A stretch of DNA of 64,000 nucleotides, from contig NZ_DASXJD010000196.1 in the NCBI RefSeq assembly GCF_036497585.1, forward strand, positions 14,235 through 78,234. The letters are read 5' to 3'. The number at the start of each line of letters is the position of its first letter. Positions within the stretch are counted from its first letter, which is position 1. The notes under the pieces were generated by a model, which saw only the letters and a list, made by a program, of their open reading frames with translations, searched no databases and was not told the DNA's origin. Origin of the DNA: Actinomycetospora sp. GTDB taxonomy: Bacteria; Actinomycetota; Actinomycetes; Mycobacteriales; Pseudonocardiaceae. The position numbers and the translations under genes were made by a program. Shown in pieces: positions 1 through 9,515 of the stretch.

Positions 1-236
1 CGACCGGGTGCGCCACCCGGCGTCGACCACCACGGAGAAGCGGGTCGACCACGGGCGCGGCGCCTCCTGCTCACCGATCGGGCCGGTGTCGTCCGGCGAG
101 TCGGTGCCGATCGCCGCGCCGTCGAGGAGGAAGGCGCCGTCCGGGTGGTCCGGGGTGGGCTCGAGCTCGGAGATCACGCCGTGCACGAGACCGTGGGGCT
201 CGTCCAGACGACGCCAGAGTGCGGAGATCGGGGCCA
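1..236 (-). CDS. hypothetical protein, N-terminal part only (gene runs off the window start)
   Basis: Minus-strand frame open from GTG at 236 to position 1 (VAPISALWRRLDEPHGLVHGVISELEPTPDHPDGAFLLDGAAIG...). Codon position 3 is almost all G/C. Absent from the ORF track because there is no stop inside the window. Confidence 0.45.
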
Positions 237-298
237 CCGCGCCATCGTGGCACGATCGGATCCGACGAAGACGATCAGTCGGACACGAGAGCACAGGG

Positions 299-1459
299 GT
301 GAAGGTGAGCGAGCCGCAGGACCGTCCCCGCGACGACCGGGGCGCCGACCGGGACCCCGACGCGGTGGCGCCCTGGGACCCTTCCCGTGCCACCGGCGCC
401 GGGGACGGTCCCGCCACCCCGTCGCCCGCACCGCCGCCCGCCCCGCCGCCCGCCCCGCCCCCGCGGCATCCGGGCAAGCCGGCGGACCCGTGGGGGTTCG
501 GGGGACCGGTGGCGGTGCCGCGGCCGGGCATCGTGCCGCTGCGGCCCCTGACCCTCGGCGAGCTCCTCGACGGCGCCTTCCGGTACATCCGCGCGCACCC
601 GCGTGTCGTGCTCGGCATCTCGGCGGTCGTCGCGGTGGTCACGGTGCTGGTCCAGGCGCCCTTCCAGTCGCGGTTCGGGGCGTCGCTGCAGGGGCTGGCC
701 TCCTCGAGCGGCACCGGCGCCCCCGACCTCGCCCAGCTGGGCGGGGTGCTCCGCGGCGCGGCCACCCTCGCCGGCGTCGGGTTGCTGCTCGGGCTGCTGG
801 CCAACACCGTGCTGACGGGGCTGCTCGTCGTGGTGCTCAGCCGCTCGGTGCTGGGCGCGCCGATCGTGGCGCGCGACTGCTGGGAGGCGGCCCGGCCGCG
901 GCTGCCGGGGCTGCTCGGCGTCGTCGTCCTGGTCGCGGTGGCGACGGTGCTGGGGTTCCTCGTGCCGCTGGTCCCCGCCGGTGTGCTGGCCCTCGTCGGG
1001 GCCCCGGCGGGCGCGACGGCGGCGCTGACCGTCCTCGGTCTGCTCGCCGGGATCGTGCTCGCCGTCGTCGTCGCGGTCGGGCTCGCGCTGGCCGCGCCCG
1101 CCTACGTGCTCGAGGGCGGCGGGGTGGTCGCGGCGCTGCGACGGTCCCCGGCGCTGGTCCGCGGCCGGTTCTGGCCGATCCTCGGCATCCTCCTGCTGAC
1201 CGCGGTCATCGTGACGATGGTGGCCGGGATCGTCGGGATCCCGTTCAGCGTGGTCGCGACCGGGGTCGGGCGCGCGATCGGGGAGACGGACCCGTACGCG
1301 CCGCTGCCGCTGCTGGTCACCTCGATCGGCACCGTGGTCGGCGCGACGCTGACGACGCCGTTCCAGGCCGGCGTCACCGGCCTGCTCTACATCGACCAGC
1401 GAATGCGCCGTGAGGGATTCGACGTCGAGCTGCAGCGGGCGGCCCGCGGGCGGGGCTGA
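299..1459 (+). CDS. membrane protein with Pro-rich N-terminus and polytopic C-terminal domain
   Basis: C-terminal 2/3 of ORF 8..1459 has several hydrophobic helices and a conserved-looking tail (LLYIDQRMRREGFDVELQRAA). GTG at 299 follows non-coding-looking sequence. PAPPPAPPP repeat at about 420-465. Start is uncertain (299 or 305). Confidence 0.7.
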   Translation: MKVSEPQDRPRDDRGADRDPDAVAPWDPSRATGAGDGPATPSPAPPPAPPPAPPPRHPGKPADPWGFGGPVAVPRPGIVPLRPLTLGELLDGAFRYIRAHPRVVLGISAVVAVVTVLVQAPFQSRFGASLQGLASSSGTGAPDLAQLGGVLRGAATLAGVGLLLGLLANTVLTGLLVVVLSRSVLGAPIVARDCWEAARPRLPGLLGVVVLVAVATVLGFLVPLVPAGVLALVGAPAGATAALTVLGLLAGIVLAVVVAVGLALAAPAYVLEGGGVVAALRRSPALVRGRFWPILGILLLTAVIVTMVAGIVGIPFSVVATGVGRAIGETDPYAPLPLLVTSIGTVVGATLTTPFQAGVTGLLYIDQRMRREGFDVELQRAARGRG

Positions 1460-1541
1460 ACCCGTCTCCACCCGACCGTCACTCCGGTCGGGTCACCGCG
1501 TTGGACCGTCCGACGGATGCGGATCTCGCGGGACGGTGGAC

Positions 1542-1724
1542 ATGAGCGGCGCGGGGCGGGGCCATGTGGAACTCGTGGTGGCGGTCGTCGGGCTGGTGAT
1601 CGCCGCCGTCCTCCTGGCGATCAGCCTGTTCTTCCTCGTGACCCATCGCGGGGCCCACCGGACGTTCGGCCTGGCCAGCGCCGTCGCGATCGTCGGGACG
1701 GTCGGGCTCCTCAGCTTCATCTGA
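1542..1724 (+). CDS. small two-helix membrane protein (60 aa)
   Basis: ATG at 1542 in ORF 1410..1724. Translation MSGAGRGHVELVVAVVGLVIAAVLLAISLFFLV...AIVGTVGLLSFI. Very high GC3. Confidence 0.5.
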   Translation: MSGAGRGHVELVVAVVGLVIAAVLLAISLFFLVTHRGAHRTFGLASAVAIVGTVGLLSFI

Positions 1725-1726
1725 GC

Positions 1727-1846
1727 TCAGGCGGGCGCCGGTCGCCCCCGGGCGAGGCTCGCGGCCTGCTCGAGGTCCACCGGGTGGACGAGCGGGTCGG
1801 TGTCCCGCAGGAGCGTGGCGAGCTCGTCGTCGGTGATCGCGTCCAT
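1727..1846 (-). CDS. small hypothetical protein (39 aa)
   Basis: ATG at 1846 inside ORF 1727..1933. Translation MDAITDDELATLLRDTDPLVHPVDLEQAASLARGRPAPA. Nearly 100% GC3. Lies downstream of the ATPase gene. Confidence 0.3.
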   Translation of the reverse strand: MDAITDDELATLLRDTDPLVHPVDLEQAASLARGRPAPA

Positions 1847-1951
1847 GACGGTGTCCCCCGGATCAGCGGGCCGCCGCGGGAGTTCGTCGGCGCCCTCCCC
1901 GTCGAGGGTTCGACGCCGGGCGCGGCCGGGCAAGGCCTCGTCCGTATCCGG

Positions 1952-4225
1952 TCACACGCGGCGGAGCCGCACGCTCGACGACACCACGAGCACGCTGGAC
2001 AGGGCCATCGCCAGCCCGGAGATCAACGGGCTGAGCAGGCCGAACGCGGCGAGGGGGATCGCCGCGACGTTGTAGCCGAACGCCCAGACGAGGTTGCGGC
2101 GGATCGTGGTCGCCGTCCGGCGAGCGAGCTCGAGCGCATCGGGGACGGCGGCGAGGTCCTCGCGCACCAGGATGACGTCGGCCGCCTCGAGGGCCACGTC
2201 GGTCCCGGCCCCGACGGCGAGCCCCAGGTCCGCGGCCGCGAGCGCGGGACCGTCGTTGATCCCGTCGCCGACCATCGCGACCCGGGCCCCGTCCCGCTGC
2301 CGCGCCGCGATCGCCTCGACCTTGTCCGCCGGCAGCACGTCGGCGACGACGTCGTCCACGCCGATCGCCGCGCCCACCGCTTCCGCCGCGCCCGCCCGGT
2401 CGCCCGAGAGCAGCACGGTGCGCAGCCCGGCCGCGCGCAGCCGGGCGATCGCGGGCGCGGCCGACGGCTTGATCTCGTCGCCCAGCTCGAGCACGGCGAC
2501 CGCCGAGTCGTCGTGCTCCACGACCACCAGCGTCGAGTCCGCCGCCGGCTCCGGCGCCCAGTCGGGCAGCCCGAGTGCCGCCGAGGGCCGCCCCAGACGC
2601 ACGGCCACGCCCTCGACGGTCCCGCGCGCCCCCAGTCCCGGCAGCGCCTCGAAGTCCTCGACGGGCGGCAGCACCCCGCCCTCGTCGCGCGCCCGGGCCG
2701 CCACCGCACGGGCGACGGCGTGCTCCGAGGAGTCCTCCACCGCGCCGGCCAGCCGCAGCACGCGGACCGGGTCCTCGCCGGGGGCGAGGTGCACCGCGCG
2801 GACCGTCATCGCCCCCGTCGTCACCGTGCCGGTCTTGTCGAGCACGACGGTGTCGACGGTGCGGCTCGACTCCAGCGCCTGGTGGCTCTTGAGGAAGATG
2901 CCTTCGCGGGCGCCGCGGCCGGAGGCCACGAGCATCGCGGTCGGGGTCGCGAGACCGAGCGCGCACGGGCACGCGATGACCAGCACCGACAGCGCCGCCG
3001 CGAAGATCTGCCCGGCGTCGCCGCCCGCCAGCCACCAGCCCACGGCGGTCAGCACGGCGAGGCCGATCACCACCGGCACGAAGACCGAGGAGATCCGGTC
3101 GACCAGCCGCTGGACCGACGCCTTCGACGCCTGGGCCGACTCGACCAGCCGGATCATCCCGGCGAGCTGCGTCGCGGACCCGACCGCGATCGCCGTCACC
3201 ACGAGCCGCCCACCGGTCGCGACGGTGCCGCCGGTGACGGCGTCGCCGGCCGCCACCTCGACCGGCACCGTCTCGCCGGTCAGCATCGAGCGGTCGACCG
3301 CGGACGCCCCGGACTCCACGACGCCGTCGGTGGCGATCTTCTCGCCGGGCCGCACCACGAACCGGGTCCCGACGGCGAGGGCGGACGCCGGCACCCGGGT
3401 CTCGCTGCCGTCGGGCAGGAGGACGGCGACGTCGCGGGCGGCCAGCGCCGCGAGGGCGGCGAGCGCGTCACCCGCCGAGCGCTTCGCCCGCGCCTCGACG
3501 TAGCGCCCGGCGAGCACGAACGTCGTCACCGCGGCGGCGACCTCGAGGTAGAGCGGCCCGACCGGGTCGAGGAACACCGAGAGCGCGCCACCGGCGGCCG
3601 GATCGGGGAGGTGCCCCAGCAGGATCGAGCCCAGCGACCAGACCGTCGCGGCCACGATCCCCAGCGAGATCAACGTGTCCATCGACGACGCACCGTGCCG
3701 GGCGTTCACCACCGCCGCGCGGTGCAGCGGCCACGCCGACCACCCGACCACCGGCGCCGCGAGCGCCACGACCACCCACTCCCACCCGGGGAAGCGCGCG
3801 GCGGGCAGCACGGAGAGCACCAGCGGCACGTCGACCATCGGGATGAACAGCACGGCCGCGACGACGAGGCGGCGCCAGAGGTCGGCGACGCGGTCGTCGC
3901 GGGAGGGCACCCTGGCCCCCCTGTCGGCGTGCTGCCCTTCCCGGTCGGGACCCTCCTCCGGAGCGCGCAGCGGCGTCGCGCCGTAGCCGAGCTTCGCGAC
4001 GACGTCGACGACCGTCCGCCGGTCCACCGCCGGGTCGCGCAGCACGGTCGCGCGCTCGGTGGCGTAGTTCACCGTCGCCGAGATCCCGTCGACCTTGTTC
4101 AGCCGCCGCTCGATCCGGGAGGCGCACGCCGCGCAGGTCATCCCGGTGAGCAGGAAGTCCTCGGCGGGCTCCTGGGCGCCCGGGCGGTCCTGCGCGTCGA
4201 CGGCGAGCGCCGCCGTGTCGGTCAT
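1952..4225 (-). CDS. copper-translocating P-type ATPase (CopA/CtpV-like)
   Basis: Internal ATG at 4225 of ORF 1952..4579 (MTDTAAL...). HMA domain [15 protein letters not shown] transmembrane motif ([11 protein letters not shown]), phosphorylation site DKTGT, hinge [10 protein letters not shown]. Confidence 0.95.
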   Translation of the reverse strand: MTDTAALAVDAQDRPGAQEPAEDFLLTGMTCAACASRIERRLNKVDGISATVNYATERATVLRDPAVDRRTVVDVVAKLGYGATPLRAPEEGPDREGQHADRGARVPSRDDRVADLWRRLVVAAVLFIPMVDVPLVLSVLPAARFPGWEWVVVALAAPVVGWSAWPLHRAAVVNARHGASSMDTLISLGIVAATVWSLGSILLGHLPDPAAGGALSVFLDPVGPLYLEVAAAVTTFVLAGRYVEARAKRSAGDALAALAALAARDVAVLLPDGSETRVPASALAVGTRFVVRPGEKIATDGVVESGASAVDRSMLTGETVPVEVAAGDAVTGGTVATGGRLVVTAIAVGSATQLAGMIRLVESAQASKASVQRLVDRISSVFVPVVIGLAVLTAVGWWLAGGDAGQIFAAALSVLVIACPCALGLATPTAMLVASGRGAREGIFLKSHQALESSRTVDTVVLDKTGTVTTGAMTVRAVHLAPGEDPVRVLRLAGAVEDSSEHAVARAVAARARDEGGVLPPVEDFEALPGLGARGTVEGVAVRLGRPSAALGLPDWAPEPAADSTLVVVEHDDSAVAVLELGDEIKPSAAPAIARLRAAGLRTVLLSGDRAGAAEAVGAAIGVDDVVADVLPADKVEAIAARQRDGARVAMVGDGINDGPALAAADLGLAVGAGTDVALEAADVILVREDLAAVPDALELARRTATTIRRNLVWAFGYNVAAIPLAAFGLLSPLISGLAMALSSVLVVSSSVRLRRV

Positions 4226-4282
4226 GCTCCGATGGTGCGCCCCCGGCGCGGGTGCGCGCACACCGGGTGTCACCATCGGAGC
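4226..4282. promoter_or_regulatory. nested palindrome filling the divergent cop intergenic region
   Basis: Perfect 12-bp arms GCTCCGATGGTG (4226-4237) and CACCATCGGAGC (4271-4282). They enclose the palindrome GTGCGCGCAC (4252-4261). Confidence 0.45.
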
Positions 4283-4283
4283 C

Positions 4284-4751
4284 GTGACCAGCACCAGCGC
4301 GTCGGAGTCGGGGAGCCCGCCGCCGACCGGGCCGGAGGAGCCTGGTCGCGAGCCCGGACAGAGCCCCGGCGGCGCGACGGGGGCGGCGACGTTCGCGCTG
4401 GTCGCGGCGGTGATGGCGCTGGTGAGCTCCTGGACCGGCTGGGGCGGGATGGTCCTCGGCCTGGTCGCGCTCGTCGCCGCGCTGGTGGCGCTGATGCGCG
4501 TCCGGTCGGGCCGTGCGGTGGGGCGCGCGAAGCCGGTGGCGGCGCTCGTCGTCGGGCTCGTGGCGTTCGTCATCGGCACCGCGGTGGAGTGGCCGACGCT
4601 GGAGAGCGCGGTGACCTACCTGCACGCCTCGCAGGCCCGCACGCTCGACGAGTGCATGCGCCAGGCCATCAACGAGAAGGAACAGCACGTCTGCAAGTCC
4701 CAGCACCTCGACGAGTACCGGGCGCGGTACCCCGGACGCCTGGACCCGTGA
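4284..4751 (+). CDS. small membrane protein (DUF4190-like helices, Cys-containing C-terminal tail)
   Basis: GTG at 4284 in ORF 4095..4751. Two hydrophobic helices ([14 protein letters not shown]..., [12 protein letters not shown]...). Stop overlaps the next start (GTGA at 4748-4751). Start is uncertain. Confidence 0.55.
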   Translation: MTSTSASESGSPPPTGPEEPGREPGQSPGGATGAATFALVAAVMALVSSWTGWGGMVLGLVALVAALVALMRVRSGRAVGRAKPVAALVVGLVAFVIGTAVEWPTLESAVTYLHASQARTLDECMRQAINEKEQHVCKSQHLDEYRARYPGRLDP

Positions 4752-6679
4752 CCCGCCGCCTCGTCCCCGCCGTCGTCGCCGGCGCGGTGACGGTGCTCGT
4801 CGCTGCGCTGCTGCTGGGCCGCGCGGCCTACCCGGTCCTCGGGCTGGCCGATCCGGGCGAGCTGGTCCGGCTCGGGCTGCCGGTGGTGCGCCTCGCGGTG
4901 GCCGGTGCGGCCGCGGTGGCGCTCGGGGTGCTGGTCCGGGCGGTCGTGCTGGGCGACGGCGCCGGCGGCCCGTCCACGGGGGAGCGGGCGGTGGGGTCGA
5001 CGGCGGCCTGGACCTGGGCGGTGCTGTCGTTGGCGGCGGCGGTGCTCACGGTGGCCGACGTCTCCGGCGGGCTCGCCGCGCCGGGTCCCGACCTGGTGGT
5101 GCAGCTCGTGGTGCGGGCGGCGCCGGTGGGCTGGCTCGCCACTTCGGTGGGCGCCGCGGTCGTCGCGGTGTGGGTGCGCGAGGCCCGGACATGGTCCTCG
5201 ACGCTCGGGGCCGGCCTGGTGGCCTGCCTGGCGCTGCTCGGGCCGGTGGTGACCGGGCACGCGATCGACGGGGTCGGCAAGGACCTCGGCGCCCCCGCCG
5301 TCGGGCTGCACGTGATCGCGGCGACGGTGTGGCTCGGAACGATCGGGGCGCTGCTGGTCGGGTGTCCCCACGACGAGGCCGCCCGGGCCCGGTTCGCCGC
5401 GCGGGCCGGGACGGTGTCGACGGTGTGCGCGGTGGTGACGGTGGCGAGCGCGGTGCTCGCGGCCGCCGTCCTCGTGCCGTCGGTGGGGGAGCTGGCCTCC
5501 GCCTACGGGGTGCTGGTGCTCCTCGCGGCGGCGGTGACCGTGGTAGTGCTGGGGGTTCTGGTGCGGCGCCGCTTCGCGATGCGCGAACGGCCGTATCGGC
5601 GTGCTCCCCTTTTCCCTGGCGTCGGACGCCAGGATCGTGCCGTTGCTACTATCGGGCCCGCCGCGCTCGAGATCGCGCTGCTCGCCGTCGTCACCGGGCT
5701 CTCGGTGGCCATGGCCCGGGCCGTCCCGCCGGTGCAGGCGCCCTTCCACACCACCCCGACCGAGGCCGTCCTCGGGTTCGGCATCCCCGACCCGCCGTCG
5801 ATCGGGACCCTGCTCGGCGCGTGGCGTCCCGACGTCGTCCTGGTGACCCTCGCCGCCGTCCTCGCCCTGGTGTACGGCCGGTGGCTGCCCCGCGTGCCGG
5901 GCTGGCCGGTCGGGCGGACGGTCGCGTGGTTCACGGGGTGCGCCCTGCTGGTGCTCGCGAGCTCCTCCGGGCTCGGCCGCTACGCCGACGCGCTGTTCAG
6001 CGCGCACGTCGCCGAGCACATGCTGATCAGCATCGTCGTGCCGGTGCTGCTCGTGCTCGGGGGGCCGGTGACGCTCGCCCGGCGGGCGCTGCCCGAGGAG
6101 GGCGACGCCCGCGACCGGCTCGAGGCCCTGCTCGACGCCCCCGCCCTGCGGCTGCTCGCGCACCCCGCGGTGGCCGCGGTCCTCGTGGTGGGCTCACCCT
6201 TCCTGCTCTACCTGACGCCGGTGTTCTCGCTGCTGCAGCCGCTGGGCTGGCTGATGCCCGCGATCTCGCTGTGGTTCCTCGTCGTCGGGTACCTGTTCTT
6301 CTGGGTCCTCGTCGGCGTGGACCCCGCGCCCGGGGCCCGGCTCCCGCACGTGGCGCGCCTCGCGGTGCTCGTCGCCTCGATGCCGTTCCACGCGCTGTTC
6401 GGTGTGATCCTGCTCGCGGCGGACCGGCCGGTCGCCCAGATCCCGTCGACCCTCGCGGCCGACGGCGGGGGCGGTCAGGTGTTCGTCACCGACTTCTACT
6501 CCCACCTGCGCCTGCCCTGGGCCGTCGACCTGCTCGCTGACCAGCACGTCGCCGCCCTGCTCGCCTGGGGGATGGGCGACGTGCCGCTGCTCGCCGTCGT
6601 CGTCGTGCTCCTCGTGCAGTGGCACCGCGCGGGCGCCGCGGAGGACTCGGCCGCCCGGGAGCTGCTCGCCCGCCCATAA
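4748..6679 (+). CDS. bifunctional copper resistance protein CopD / cytochrome c oxidase assembly factor CtaG-like membrane protein
   Basis: C-terminal 643 codons of ORF 1517..6679, from GTG 4748 ([12 protein letters not shown]...). About 14 hydrophobic helices. The CtaG/caa3-type segment is FSAHVAEHMLISIVVPVLLVLGGPVTLARRAL. Same fused architecture as mycobacterial Rv0102-type proteins. Confidence 0.85.
   Translation: MTRRLVPAVVAGAVTVLVAALLLGRAAYPVLGLADPGELVRLGLPVVRLAVAGAAAVALGVLVRAVVLGDGAGGPSTGERAVGSTAAWTWAVLSLAAAVLTVADVSGGLAAPGPDLVVQLVVRAAPVGWLATSVGAAVVAVWVREARTWSSTLGAGLVACLALLGPVVTGHAIDGVGKDLGAPAVGLHVIAATVWLGTIGALLVGCPHDEAARARFAARAGTVSTVCAVVTVASAVLAAAVLVPSVGELASAYGVLVLLAAAVTVVVLGVLVRRRFAMRERPYRRAPLFPGVGRQDRAVATIGPAALEIALLAVVTGLSVAMARAVPPVQAPFHTTPTEAVLGFGIPDPPSIGTLLGAWRPDVVLVTLAAVLALVYGRWLPRVPGWPVGRTVAWFTGCALLVLASSSGLGRYADALFSAHVAEHMLISIVVPVLLVLGGPVTLARRALPEEGDARDRLEALLDAPALRLLAHPAVAAVLVVGSPFLLYLTPVFSLLQPLGWLMPAISLWFLVVGYLFFWVLVGVDPAPGARLPHVARLAVLVASMPFHALFGVILLAADRPVAQIPSTLAADGGGGQVFVTDFYSHLRLPWAVDLLADQHVAALLAWGMGDVPLLAVVVVLLVQWHRAGAAEDSAARELLARP
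5580..5646. repeat. structured palindromic repeat element, copy A (inside the CopD/CtaG CDS)
   Basis: Core CCTGGCGTCGGACGCCAGG (5615-5633) flanked by ATCGTGCCGTT. Outer arms AACGGC (5586-5591) and GCCGTT (5639-5644). The reverse complement matches 53768-53815. Local third-codon positions are unusually A/T-rich (ctccccttttccc, gttgctactatc). Confidence 0.7.
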
Positions 6680-6724
6680 TCTCACGATGTGGGAAGCGTC
6701 TCGCATGATGGTGCTTCGTGAGGC

Positions 6725-7957
6725 ATGCTGACGATCGTGAGCGCCGAGTCGGAGACCGTGGTCGCGCCGAGCCGTCCGCGCCGGCGCTGGGCGATCCTCG
6801 CCGCCGGGGTGCTCGCCCAGACCGCGGCGTCCTCCTTCGTCTACGGCATCCCGTTCCTGGTCCCGACGCTGCGTGACGAGCGCGGCCTCTCGCTCGCCCA
6901 GGTCGGCGTGGTCGTTGCGGCCCCGACGACGGGTCTGCTGCTGACCCTGGTCGCGTGGGGCTTCGTGGTCGACCGGGTGGGGGAGCGGTTCCCGATGGCG
7001 CTCGGGCTGGGGCTCGCGGGCGTGGTCGTCGGGGCGGTCGCGCTGGCGCCGCCCACCTCGCTCGTGGCGATCGCGCTGCTGCTCGGGTTCGCCGGGATGG
7101 GCGCGGCCTCGGTCAACGCCGCGAGCGGGCGGCTGATCATGGGCTGGTTCGGCGTCGAGGAGCGCGGCGTGGCCATGGGCATCCGCCAGACCGCCCAACC
7201 CCTCGGGGTCGCCCTCGCCGCGCTGCTCCTGCCGGTGCTGGCCGGCAGCGAGGGCCCGTTCGTCGCCCTGGGCTGGACCGGGCTCGCGTGCCTGCTCGCG
7301 GCCGGGCTCGTCGTGGTCGTCGCGCAGGACGCCCCACGACGACCGCCGGCACCGCACGAGCCGACCGGCAGCCCGTACCGGACGCCGACCCTCTACCGGC
7401 TGCACGCGGCGTCGGCCCTGCTGGTGCTGCCGCAGTTCGCGATCTCGGCCTTCGCGCTGGAGTACCTGGTCCGCGAGCAGCACTGGTCCGCGGGGGTCGC
7501 CGGCGTGTTCGTCGCCGTCGCGCAGATCCTCGGGGCGGCCGGGCGGATCGCCACCGGCTGGTGGTCGGACCGGGTGGGATCCCGGCTGCGCCCCATGCGT
7601 CAGCTCGCCGTCGCCTCGGCGCTGGTGATGCTGGGGTTCGCCCTCGGCTCGGCCTGGGTGCCGGTGATCGCGGTGGCGGCGATCGTGGTGGGGGCGATCG
7701 TGACCGTGGCCGACAACGGCCTCGCGTTCACCTCCACCGCCGAGATGGCCGGCCAGGCGTGGTCCGGCCGGGCCCTCGGCGTGCAGAACACCACGCAGAA
7801 CGTGGTGGCCTCGGCGGCGCCGCCGGTGCTCGGCGCGCTGATCGGGGGGACCAGCTACGCGATCGGTTTCGCGGTCGCCGCGCTGGCCCCGCTGGTCGCT
7901 GTCGCCGTCACCCCGGTCGGCGCCGAACGACGGGACGCCGCGCGCTCCGGGAGCTGA
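6725..7957 (+). CDS. MFS transporter
   Basis: 410 aa with 12 predicted helices. Typical MFS loop motif (GFVVDRVGERF). Confidence 0.85.
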   Translation: MLTIVSAESETVVAPSRPRRRWAILAAGVLAQTAASSFVYGIPFLVPTLRDERGLSLAQVGVVVAAPTTGLLLTLVAWGFVVDRVGERFPMALGLGLAGVVVGAVALAPPTSLVAIALLLGFAGMGAASVNAASGRLIMGWFGVEERGVAMGIRQTAQPLGVALAALLLPVLAGSEGPFVALGWTGLACLLAAGLVVVVAQDAPRRPPAPHEPTGSPYRTPTLYRLHAASALLVLPQFAISAFALEYLVREQHWSAGVAGVFVAVAQILGAAGRIATGWWSDRVGSRLRPMRQLAVASALVMLGFALGSAWVPVIAVAAIVVGAIVTVADNGLAFTSTAEMAGQAWSGRALGVQNTTQNVVASAAPPVLGALIGGTSYAIGFAVAALAPLVAVAVTPVGAERRDAARSGS

Positions 7958-7967
7958 GGCGCCGGCC

Positions 7968-8312
7968 TCATCTCGACGGCGTGGTCGACGCCGTTTGGGC
8001 CCCCGACGGCGCGACGAGTGCCCGCACCCGCTCGCGCTCCGTCGTGAGGCATTCGTTGTCGACGGCGAGCAGCGCGGGAAGGAACTGCGACCACCGCGCG
8101 CCGACGACGTTGACCGGGATTCCGCACCATCCCGCGACGAGTTCCTCCAGTCCGGTCAGGCCGTCGCCGTCGCAACGACTCACCGCGGCCATGTCGACCA
8201 CGAGACGACGTCGGCCCTGATCGGCCTGGGTGCGCGAATACTCGAGCAGTTCGCCCACCGCGGCCCGGTCGATGGTTCCGGCGAGCAGGATCGTCCTGGG
8301 TCCGTGATACAT
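7968..8312 (-). CDS. STAS-domain protein (anti-sigma factor antagonist-like)
   Basis: 114 aa. Pattern LLAGTIDRAAVGELLEY...RLVVDMAAVSRCDGDGLTGLEEL is typical of SpoIIAA-type STAS domains. Confidence 0.6.
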   Translation of the reverse strand: MYHGPRTILLAGTIDRAAVGELLEYSRTQADQGRRRLVVDMAAVSRCDGDGLTGLEELVAGWCGIPVNVVGARWSQFLPALLAVDNECLTTERERVRALVAPSGAQTASTTPSR

Positions 8313-8470
8313 CGCTGCCGCCCCCCGTTGGCCCGCGGTACGTATTCCTGGTCACTGTTTCGAGGTGCGTCCGGGCGTCTGCACCACCGAACAGACCAAT
8401 ATCCCGTGAACTTCACCCAACGTGAAGGGGTGCTCACGCGGATCGTTTCGTGTGCCGGACATTCGAGACG

Positions 8471-8797
8471 TCACACCGTCAGGACCGCGAACATTCCGAG
8501 CCCGAACCACCAGAGGCCGAGGCCGCCGAAGAGCGCGACCGGGAGGCGTCCGGTGCACCGCCAGAGCAGCCAGCAGCCGAGGGCGGCGACGAGCGCGGGC
8601 AGCGTCTCGTCCACAGCCACGTGCCCGCGGGGGGCGACGAGGGTCGGCACGGTGATCGCGGCGAGGACGGCGGGGCCGAGGTGGGGCAGGAACCGCGCGA
8701 GCCGTCGCGGCGGTCCCGCCCCGGCAGTCGCGAGGAACGACACCCGCATGAGGTAGGTGCCCAGGCCGATGACGACGAGGACGGCCAGCTCACGCAT
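8471..8797 (-). CDS. azlD: branched-chain amino acid transport protein AzlD
   Basis: Internal ATG (MRELAVLVVIGLGTYLMRVSFL...). About 108 aa with 3-4 helices. Overlaps the azlC stop by 8 bp. Confidence 0.8.
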   Translation of the reverse strand: MRELAVLVVIGLGTYLMRVSFLATAGAGPPRRLARFLPHLGPAVLAAITVPTLVAPRGHVAVDETLPALVAALGCWLLWRCTGRLPVALFGGLGLWWFGLGMFAVLTV

Positions 8798-9515
8798 GAC
8801 GGCCCTCCGCGACCACGCCGGCGACGACGCCGGCACCGGCTCCGCAGAGCAGCCCGAGGCCCAGCGGCAGGCCGGCGGCGAGCAGCGCCACGACCCCGCC
8901 GACCAGGGCGGCCGCGTAGGCGGCGCGGCCCGCGAGCATCGGGAGCAGCAGCACGAGGAACGTCAGGGGTGCGGCCAGCCCGAGGGGCAGCCAGGCCGGC
9001 AGGAGCCCGCCCAGCACGACCCCGGCGCCGGTGAGCACGGACCACCCGACCCACATCGTGGCCCCCGCCGCGAGGTAGTAGCGCAGCCGGCCGCGCGGCT
9101 CGCCGTCGTCGTCGGCTCCGGCGAACCGGCCCATCGCGAGCGCGTAGACCGGGTCGACCAGCAGGTAGGCGCCCGCCCAGCGCCACCGCCGGGGCCAGCC
9201 CCGCGCGTAGGGCGCGAGCGAGGCGCTGTAGAGCAGCAGGCGGGCGTTGACGACCAGGGACGCGGCCACGACGACGACGGCGGGCGCACCACCGGCGAGC
9301 AGCTGGACCGCGACGAGCTGGGCGGCGCCGCCGAAGAGCAGCGGCGAGGACGACCACGACAGGCCGGGTGGGAGCCCGGTCCGCGCCAGGGCGGCCCCCA
9401 GCGCGGTGCCGAAGGGCACGTAGGCGAGGACGATCCCGGCCCCGTCGGCGAGACCGCGCCACAGTGGCGACGCGGCGCGGACGGCCCGGGGGTGGCGGGA
9501 GGCGATGGTGGTCAT
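8790..9515 (-). CDS. azlC: AzlC family branched-chain amino acid permease component
   Basis: C-terminal 241 codons of ORF 8790..10163 from ATG 9515 (MTTIASRHPRAV...GIVLAYVPFGTALGA...). ATGA overlap with the upstream gene. Confidence 0.85.
   Translation of the reverse strand: MTTIASRHPRAVRAASPLWRGLADGAGIVLAYVPFGTALGAALARTGLPPGLSWSSSPLLFGGAAQLVAVQLLAGGAPAVVVVAASLVVNARLLLYSASLAPYARGWPRRWRWAGAYLLVDPVYALAMGRFAGADDDGEPRGRLRYYLAAGATMWVGWSVLTGAGVVLGGLLPAWLPLGLAAPLTFLVLLLPMLAGRAAYAAALVGGVVALLAAGLPLGLGLLCGAGAGVVAGVVAEGRHA

Noticed and set aside
420-465. Short GC-rich tandem repeats (CCGCCCGCCCCG units) that could look like an array
   Set aside because: They lie inside a CDS and encode a PAPPPAPPP low-complexity linker. 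There is no spacer/repeat organisation. No CRISPR array exists anywhere in the window.
1517-4747. First 1,077 codons or so of the 1,720-aa plus-strand ORF 1517..6679
   Set aside because: It is an antisense shadow of the P-type ATPase gene. The translation is Arg/Gly/Pro/Asp-rich with no motifs. Only the part from GTG 4748 (CopD/CtaG) looks real.
8406-8427. GTGAACTTCAC palindrome followed by GTGAAG upstream of the STAS gene
   Set aside because: It is short (5-6 bp arms), a single occurrence, with no associated regulator. It is insufficient to call an operator.
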